A DNA stretch of 43,353 nt, taken from assembly GCA_028699795.1 (NCBI GenBank), contig JAQVTZ010000002.1, forward strand, positions 1 to 43,353, written 5' to 3'. The stretch comes from Clostridia bacterium. GTDB lineage: Bacteria; Bacillota; Clostridia; Christensenellales; DTU072. Positions 37,624 through 43,353 of this stretch are shown here, one piece after another; within the stretch, counting starts at the first letter, position 1, and every line of letters begins with the position of its first letter. The notes under the pieces were generated by a model. It was given only the letters and a program-made list of their open reading frames with translations. It made no database searches and was not told where the DNA came from. The position numbers were made by a program, and so were the translations under genes.

Positions 37624-38274
37624 ATGAAATCAATTTTGATCATAGGATTGGGCAAATTCGGGTTAATACTTGCCCAAAAAATGCAGGAGTTCGGCAATGA
37701 TGTTATGGTTGTGGACAAGGATGAAAATATCGTAAATGAGTTTTCTCCTATGTTTACCAATGCCATGATTGCCAATTGCACCAATCCCTCGGTGATAGAA
37801 AAATTGGGTGTCGACAGCTTTGATGTTTGTTTTGTCACAATAGGCGACGACTTCCAGTCCTCATTAGAAATTACCTCGTTGCTAAAAGAGAACGGAGCCA
37901 AAACCGTGGTATCAATAGCGGACAGAGATATCCAAAAGAAATTTTTACTTCGTAACGGAGCGGACGAAGTGGTCTACCCGATTCGTGACATCGCTGAAAA
38001 ACTTGCAATACGATATAACACCAAATGTATTTTCGACTATATCGATTTAACGGGTGAATATGCCATTTTCGAGATAGCCGTCCCCAAGAAATGGATAGGA
38101 AGAAGCATTATTGATATCGATGTAAGACGCACACACAGCATCAGTATCCTTGCAATTAAGCGCGACTCGTTGCTTAACCCCATGCCAGGAGCCGATTATG
38201 TGTTTGATAAGCGCGACCATGCGATTGTGATGGGCAAGCCTGATGATGTTTACAAATTAGTTCCACAAACTTAG
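37624..38274 (+). CDS. ktrA: TrkA/KtrA family K+ uptake regulatory (RCK) subunit
   Basis: MKSILIIGLGKFGLILAQKM is a GxGxxG Rossmann motif, and a TrkA_C-like C-terminus follows. 216 aa, immediately after ktrB. Confidence 0.85.
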   Translation: MKSILIIGLGKFGLILAQKMQEFGNDVMVVDKDENIVNEFSPMFTNAMIANCTNPSVIEKLGVDSFDVCFVTIGDDFQSSLEITSLLKENGAKTVVSIADRDIQKKFLLRNGADEVVYPIRDIAEKLAIRYNTKCIFDYIDLTGEYAIFEIAVPKKWIGRSIIDIDVRRTHSISILAIKRDSLLNPMPGADYVFDKRDHAIVMGKPDDVYKLVPQT

Positions 38275-38324
38275 TTTGGGGTACCTAATTGCTATTTTAA
38301 GTTGACGAAATTGGTAATATTGAT

Positions 38325-38885
38325 ATGATAGATTGTGGAACGATAACCTTAGAAACTCCAAGGCTTATACTCAGAAGGTTTCGCGCGGACGATGCCGAAA
38401 CAATATTTTTGAATTGGGCATCCGACCCAGAAGTGACAAAGTATCTCACTTGGCCGACGCATAAAAATGTTGCCGAGACAGCGTCTATTCTTGCCGAATG
38501 GGTTGCGGCCTACGAAAAGCCAGACTTTTATAATTGGGCAATTGAGCTTAAGTCTTTGGGCAAGCCCATAGGAAGTATCGGATTAGCCAAACGCAATGAG
38601 GAAGTAAAGAGCGTGATGGTAGGCTATTGTATTGGCAAACGCTGGTGGCGGCAGGGCATTGTGTCCGAGGCGCTTGCCGCTGTGATACGCTTTTTTTTCG
38701 AGCAGGCGGGAGTGTCGCGCATCGAAGCCGAACACGATACTTTCAATCCCAACAGTGGCAAGGTGATGCAAAAGTGCGGTATGGTTTATGAAGGAACTTT
38801 GCGCAAAGCAAGACGGAACAATACGGGAATAATCGATAGCGCGGTATACGCGATTTTGGCGCAAGATTATTTTAATAAATCATAA
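38325..38885 (+). CDS. GNAT family N-acetyltransferase (RimJ/RimL-like)
   Basis: 186 aa. TLETPRLILRRFRADDAE... and RWWRQGIVSEAL (acetyl-CoA binding Q/RxxGxG/A-like) are typical of the Acetyltransf_3 group. Confidence 0.75.
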   Translation: MIDCGTITLETPRLILRRFRADDAETIFLNWASDPEVTKYLTWPTHKNVAETASILAEWVAAYEKPDFYNWAIELKSLGKPIGSIGLAKRNEEVKSVMVGYCIGKRWWRQGIVSEALAAVIRFFFEQAGVSRIEAEHDTFNPNSGKVMQKCGMVYEGTLRKARRNNTGIIDSAVYAILAQDYFNKS

Positions 38886-38974
38886 CTGTTTGAATGAGCG
38901 GAACAGTAGTCCGCGCAGCAGCATAACGCCCCCTTGCATTTACTTTAATATAATTTAAATTTTATTTCTGCATA

Positions 38975-39003
38975 TTGACATCGTTATTCGGCATCTTTAT
39001 GAT
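38975..39003 (+). promoter_or_regulatory. Putative sigma-A promoter for the GPH/MFS transporter gene
   Basis: Perfect TTGACA (38975..38980), 17-nt spacer, TATGAT (38998..39003). Confidence 0.55.
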
Positions 39004-39030
39004 AGTTATATCACTTTTTTTGGATAGCGA

Positions 39031-40587
39031 ATGACAAACAATAAAAAACAAGGGTTCTTCTCAAAAATCAGAGAAAGTCTTTCCCACGCGATACACAATC
39101 CCTCTTTTACATTAAAAGAACAGCTTGGTTTTGCAAGCGGAACTTTCGGCAATCAAATGGGACAAGATATGATTGCAACCTTTTTGGTGCTTTTCTTGAC
39201 CGATTACATGGGGATTGAGTCTTCAATGCTGCTGGTATTGATGACGGTTGCGAAGATTGTAAACATTATAGGCGACCCTGTCGCGGGTGCGATTCTAGAC
39301 CGTCCCGGGGGAAACTCCAAAAGGGGGAAGGCAAGGCCTTTTTTGTTGCTGTCTCCTTTCCCACTTATCGTGACATCCGTTTTGCTTTTTGTAGTACCCA
39401 ATATTAGTTATACCTCCAGAATCATTTATGTATTTGCATTTTATTTGGTTTATTGCATCAGCGACACCTTTTATGATATGTCACTCTTGACGGTTTCGGC
39501 CCGCATGACCAACAATCCTAAAGACAGAAAGAATTTTTATACGGTTGCCGAGTTTGCTGCAACTTTCGGAAGTATGCTTCCCGGCGGGATTATCCCCATT
39601 ATAATCAGTCTATACAAGAATAATTATATCGCCCAAAAAAATGTGTATTTATTGGCAACGATAGGATTCGGCATTGTGGGATTGGCAATGATGATCATCC
39701 CTTATTTCACTCTAAGGGAAAAAACGCTTGCAGATTGGCGCAAACCTTCCCAAACCAAACTAAACCTTAAAGCGCTTTTGTTAAACAAACCCCTTCTTCT
39801 CATCATGTCATCGCAAATTGTAGACTCGATAAGGCAAGTGTGTTACGGCGCGCTTACTTATTTTTATGCCAAGACGCTGGGCGCATTTTGGATGTCTACG
39901 GTAATAGGAGCGTTTAGCGCGGCGCTTTCTTATGTGGGCATTGCGTTGGTGCCGTTTTTGGGCAAAAAACTGTCTTCGCGCGACCTTATCGTGTTGGGAT
40001 ATACCTATACGGGAATCTGTTATTTGTTCTTATTCATATTCGGGTATCATTCTTTGTTGTTTGTAGGGATTATGGTTTCGTTATCGGGGGCGACAACGGG
40101 CATGATTCGGACTTCCAGAAAGGTGCTGCTAGCAGACTCTACGGATTATATGGAATACAAAACCTGGAAAAAACATGGCGTAAGCGTGCGTTCAGAAGGT
40201 ATGGTGTTTGCCATGAACTCGATGGCGAACCGAATCAGCGGCCTTTGGAAAGACTTGTTGCTGCCGGCAGGTCTCATGATTGTCGGTTATGTCAGTGCAA
40301 CGATAGGGCCCAACGGCGAAACCATCGAAGCGATTCAGTCACCCGAAACATTAAAGGGTATCTTCTATTTGGTGACGATACCCGGTATTATTGGTAATTT
40401 TTTGCCTGCGCTCATTATGTTTTTCGATAACTATACGGGCAAGCACAAAGAGGCAATTTTAAATGAGCTATATGCAATGAGAGCGGAACAAAAAGCAATT
40501 TATTATGCAGAAAAAGCTGTAATAGAAAAGAATATCGGTATGAACATTTATTCTTCCAAAACAGGCGTAAACGAAGGGACGGACTAA
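39031..40587 (+). CDS. GPH-family (MelB-like) MFS glycoside:cation symporter
   Basis: 518 aa with about 12 TM segments. The N-terminal LGFASGTFGNQMGQDMIATFLVLFLTDYMGI and GDPVAGAILDR are typical of the glycoside-pentoside-hexuronide family. Confidence 0.75.
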   Translation: MTNNKKQGFFSKIRESLSHAIHNPSFTLKEQLGFASGTFGNQMGQDMIATFLVLFLTDYMGIESSMLLVLMTVAKIVNIIGDPVAGAILDRPGGNSKRGKARPFLLLSPFPLIVTSVLLFVVPNISYTSRIIYVFAFYLVYCISDTFYDMSLLTVSARMTNNPKDRKNFYTVAEFAATFGSMLPGGIIPIIISLYKNNYIAQKNVYLLATIGFGIVGLAMMIIPYFTLREKTLADWRKPSQTKLNLKALLLNKPLLLIMSSQIVDSIRQVCYGALTYFYAKTLGAFWMSTVIGAFSAALSYVGIALVPFLGKKLSSRDLIVLGYTYTGICYLFLFIFGYHSLLFVGIMVSLSGATTGMIRTSRKVLLADSTDYMEYKTWKKHGVSVRSEGMVFAMNSMANRISGLWKDLLLPAGLMIVGYVSATIGPNGETIEAIQSPETLKGIFYLVTIPGIIGNFLPALIMFFDNYTGKHKEAILNELYAMRAEQKAIYYAEKAVIEKNIGMNIYSSKTGVNEGTD

Positions 40588-41105
40588 GGATTCTTTTTGG
40601 AGAGTAAGGTAGCTTCTTTTACCGCGTTCCAAAATGTTAAAAGACGCTCCAAACTGAAAGAGGCGTTCGCGGGACTGGTAGACGGAAGTTTGGTTGTGAG
40701 AGGGATAAGTTCGGGGTACGCTTTTGTTATAATTGTATAAGAGGCGGTACCGTTGGTAAATATCTTACGGATAGACGAGTTTTTAATAAGCTTGGGGATG
40801 TTCGCGGGTATCATGTTGGTTATTTTCAAGTCGCTGCTGCCCTCTATGTCACACTCATAAACCGCATCGTAAAGAGCAACACCGTTTTGTAATAACAATT
40901 CCGCTTTTAACGAAGGCGAAAGAGGGAGAAAGTCTGTTGCAAACAATGCGCTCATCACCTTCCAAAACCTGTTTTGAGGATGCATATAGTAGAATTCTTG
41001 TTGTGTAGACTTGACGGAAGGGACGCTTCCTAACAGAAGCACACTGCAATTTTGGTCTATGATAGGCGGAAAGGTGTGAACAAAATGACGGATTTCCATA
41101 ATCAT
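40584..41105 (-). CDS. DNA-deoxyinosine (hypoxanthine) glycosylase, UDG family 6-like
   Basis: 173 aa. LLLGSVPSVKSTQQEFYYMHPQNRFWKVM matches the GSxPSxxS...YYxHPxNxFW signature. It is convergent with the transporter gene and overlaps its stop. Confidence 0.7.
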   Translation of the reverse strand: MIMEIRHFVHTFPPIIDQNCSVLLLGSVPSVKSTQQEFYYMHPQNRFWKVMSALFATDFLPLSPSLKAELLLQNGVALYDAVYECDIEGSSDLKITNMIPANIPKLIKNSSIRKIFTNGTASYTIITKAYPELIPLTTKLPSTSPANASFSLERLLTFWNAVKEATLLSKKNP

Positions 41106-41168
41106 ATACTAGTACAAACAGTGTGTTTTGTCAATCTTGTGTATAATAGAAAAGAGGTGTAATCTGCA

Positions 41169-42173
41169 ATGAATCATTTTTCTCCCGATAGTTGTTATCA
41201 AGATTTGTTTAAACAAAAGCCGCTTTTGTCTTATGAAACGGAAGGAAAAGACCCCGATTACAAACAGAAACTCGCGAAGAAACTACAAGAAGTATTAGGG
41301 GAGATGCCTTGCAAGGTAGAGCTTGACCCCGTTACGGAGTATATAAAAGAGCACAAAAGCTATATTGAGAAACGCATGACCTTTGTGACTGAAAAGGATA
41401 TGAGGGTGCCTTGCCATTTTCTAATTCCCAAAAAGGCTGAAGGCCCTTTGCCTGCAGTCATTTGCCTGCAAGGGCATTCTAAAGGGATGTATTTATCATT
41501 GGGGAAATATAAGCGGCTAAAAGATATAAAATCAATTCGCTTAGGTGATCGGGATTTTGGTCTGCAAGCCGTCAAACAAGGCTATTGCGCCTTGGTGATG
41601 GAGCAAAGAGGGTTGGGAGAAAGAGAGAGCGAAAGAAGCCGTGATATGTCTAAGAGATGTGTTTTCCCATCCATGAATGCCTTGCTGTTTGGCCGTACGA
41701 TGATAGGATTGCGCGTATGGGATGTCATGAGAGCAATCGACCTTTTGGAAACGCTGCCCGAAGTAGATAATACTAAAATTGCCTGTTTGGGTACCTCAGG
41801 AGGCGGTACGGTAACCTATTATGCCGCTTGTATGGATAATAGGATAAAAATAGCGATGCCTTCCTGCAGTGTCTGCACTTACAAAGATTCTATCGGCAAA
41901 GTCTATCATTGCTGTTGTAACTATTTGCCTTGCAGCGCGAAATATTTCGATATGGGAGATCTTGGCGCGCTTATCGCGCCGCGTTCTCTTATCGTCGTAG
42001 CAGGCAAAAAGGATCCGATCTTCCCTATAGAGGGCGTGCGCAAATGTTATGATACGATAGCGGATATTTACGCAAAAGAGGGCGGAGAGTGCGCGCTTGT
42101 TTTGGGTGAAGGCGGACATCGATTTTACGCCGCTCCCGCATGGCGAGCCTTTCAAAAAGTCGTCAAAAGATAG
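41169..42173 (+). CDS. Alpha/beta hydrolase, acetyl(xylan) esterase / dienelactone hydrolase-like
   Basis: 334 aa. VWDVMRAIDLLETLPEVDNTKIACLGTSGGG carries the GxSxG nucleophile elbow in an AXE1/CE7-like context, and a late GGHRF supplies the likely catalytic His. Confidence 0.7.
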   Translation: MNHFSPDSCYQDLFKQKPLLSYETEGKDPDYKQKLAKKLQEVLGEMPCKVELDPVTEYIKEHKSYIEKRMTFVTEKDMRVPCHFLIPKKAEGPLPAVICLQGHSKGMYLSLGKYKRLKDIKSIRLGDRDFGLQAVKQGYCALVMEQRGLGERESERSRDMSKRCVFPSMNALLFGRTMIGLRVWDVMRAIDLLETLPEVDNTKIACLGTSGGGTVTYYAACMDNRIKIAMPSCSVCTYKDSIGKVYHCCCNYLPCSAKYFDMGDLGALIAPRSLIVVAGKKDPIFPIEGVRKCYDTIADIYAKEGGECALVLGEGGHRFYAAPAWRAFQKVVKR

Positions 42174-42338
42174 ATGAAACAAAAATTTTTTCAAATGAGA
42201 TAAATATCCTCTCACTTTTTATAAAAATAAATAGTAAATTTTTCGTTTTTTCTGTTGCTAATATTATATTTAATAGTATTATTATATTATATAGATATAA
42301 TTTTCTTATTTTATAATATAATGTGTCGGAGGACTGCT

Positions 42339-43353
42339 ATGACTTCCAAATTATCCAAATATTTTGTATCGGCCATATTATTGGTTGCCGTTTTCGGGTT
42401 TATTTTTGTAATGGGACAATACGGCATCCATCAAAGCGTCGATAAACACTTACTAGAAGTAAACAACGAACTCGGCATAAATATGTTTCCGACCATAGAC
42501 CAAACGATCGAAGCTGAAGCGGCCAGTAATAATGGCGGCTCTAACGGTACGGTATCTTCTTTTTCTCTTAATGCAGGTAGTGGTTCCTACTACTATACGG
42601 GTTCAATCGCTTCATTAAGCTGCAGCGATAGCGACAGCCAAGATTCTAAGTGGAATAGGCCAAATACCAGTTGCAGTAGCTATGCCGAATCTACCAAAAC
42701 AATTACTTTTACCAATGATATGGAAGATGCAATTGCTAGCGGAAGATTATACGGTATACTTAAATTCACGGTTACCGTATCGTTATCCGGCAATAGCGGT
42801 ACTTCTTCTTATTATAATGTCAGCGGGGGATTGACAAAAGGGAACACATCTATGGGTACTGGTACGCATACGATAGGCACCAGTGGTACTAAAATAACAA
42901 GCAAGGTTATTACAATAAAGATTTGGGGCAGTGCCGCATCTTCTGATGGCTGGTATCATGGCTCTAGTAGCAGTGTTAGTTTGTCTACTTCGGCAGTATG
43001 GTTAGACTTATATTTTGATGATTTGCCTGTGTCATACAGTGCAGGAAGTAACGGTTCGGTAAGCAGTTCAGGTAGCACACTTGCCACACCTTCCGCATCA
43101 ACTAGCAGCACTGCTACTCCGAACAGCGGATATTATTTTTCCGGCTGGACGGGCACATTTAGTCATCCAAATAAATCCATCACGATAAAAGCATGCGATT
43201 ATAACAATGCCTCTATTGGTTTAACAGCAAACTTTGCCTCTATTCCGGTCTCCGTAGGTACATACATTTATAACGGTTCGGCACAAGGGCCTACCGCAAG
43301 CGGTGTAACGGGGTATTCCTACACTTATAACTATAATGGTAATGCAAACGACG
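42339..43353 (+). CDS. Membrane-anchored S/T/G-rich surface protein with a Flg_new-like motif; 5' partial, runs off the right edge
   Basis: Absent from the ORF track because no stop lies in the window. My translation from ATG 42339 (GGAGGA 5 nt upstream) is open through 43353: MTSKLSKYFVSAILLVAVFGFIFVMGQYG...SSTATPNSGYYFSGWTGTFSHPNKSITIKA...TANFASIPVSVGTYIYNGSAQ. Confidence 0.75.
   Translation, partial: MTSKLSKYFVSAILLVAVFGFIFVMGQYGIHQSVDKHLLEVNNELGINMFPTIDQTIEAEAASNNGGSNGTVSSFSLNAGSGSYYYTGSIASLSCSDSDSQDSKWNRPNTSCSSYAESTKTITFTNDMEDAIASGRLYGILKFTVTVSLSGNSGTSSYYNVSGGLTKGNTSMGTGTHTIGTSGTKITSKVITIKIWGSAASSDGWYHGSSSSVSLSTSAVWLDLYFDDLPVSYSAGSNGSVSSSGSTLATPSASTSSTATPNSGYYFSGWTGTFSHPNKSITIKACDYNNASIGLTANFASIPVSVGTYIYNGSAQGPTASGVTGYSYTYNYNGNAND

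Overview
This 43.4 kb chromosomal window probably comes from an endospore-forming Bacillota (Clostridia-like) organism. That placement rests on a spoVT-flippase-mazG block with a forespore-type promoter. GC content looks mid-40s % by eye. Coding is dense and almost entirely on the + strand. I saw no tRNA or rRNA genes, CRISPR arrays, transposases, integrases or recognisable defence genes.

Most genes are housekeeping or carbohydrate-related:
- Carbohydrate and transport: GH5 lipoprotein, bioY, GH13 alpha-glycosidase, Na/Pi cotransporter, ktrBA, GPH/MFS sugar symporter, acetyl-esterase-like hydrolase.
- Metabolism and maintenance: luxS, M29 aminopeptidase, a PlsC-like acyltransferase, dus, pgk-tpiA-gpmI, pyrG, a GNAT, hypoxanthine-DNA glycosylase.
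- Sporulation-linked: spoVT, a SpoVB/YabM-like flippase, mazG.

The standout is a ~16.9 kb two-gene surface module (4091..21009).
- **Giant gene:** an uninterrupted 4,729-codon gene encodes a lipobox-anchored protein. It has an Ig-like domain, about 12 Listeria-Bacteroides (Flg_new) repeats and about 10.9 kb of BspA-type leucine-rich repeats. The LRR part is organised into higher-order cassettes, and the terminal motifs of those cassettes recur internally.
- **Partner gene:** 57 nt downstream lies an 842-aa, very acidic lipoprotein of unknown function. It carries one Flg_new-like motif.
- **Boundaries:** the pair is bracketed by one good promoter and one strong terminator.

A third Flg_new-containing, membrane-anchored surface protein starts at 42339 and runs off the window.

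Smaller regulatory oddities:
- a 37-nt direct repeat built of TTACAAA heptads upstream of spoVT;
- a sigma-G-type promoter for spoVT;
- a leader terminator in front of pyrG;
- a perfect 12-bp inverted repeat over the putative luxS promoter.

All domain calls come from motif recognition by eye. No searches were run.
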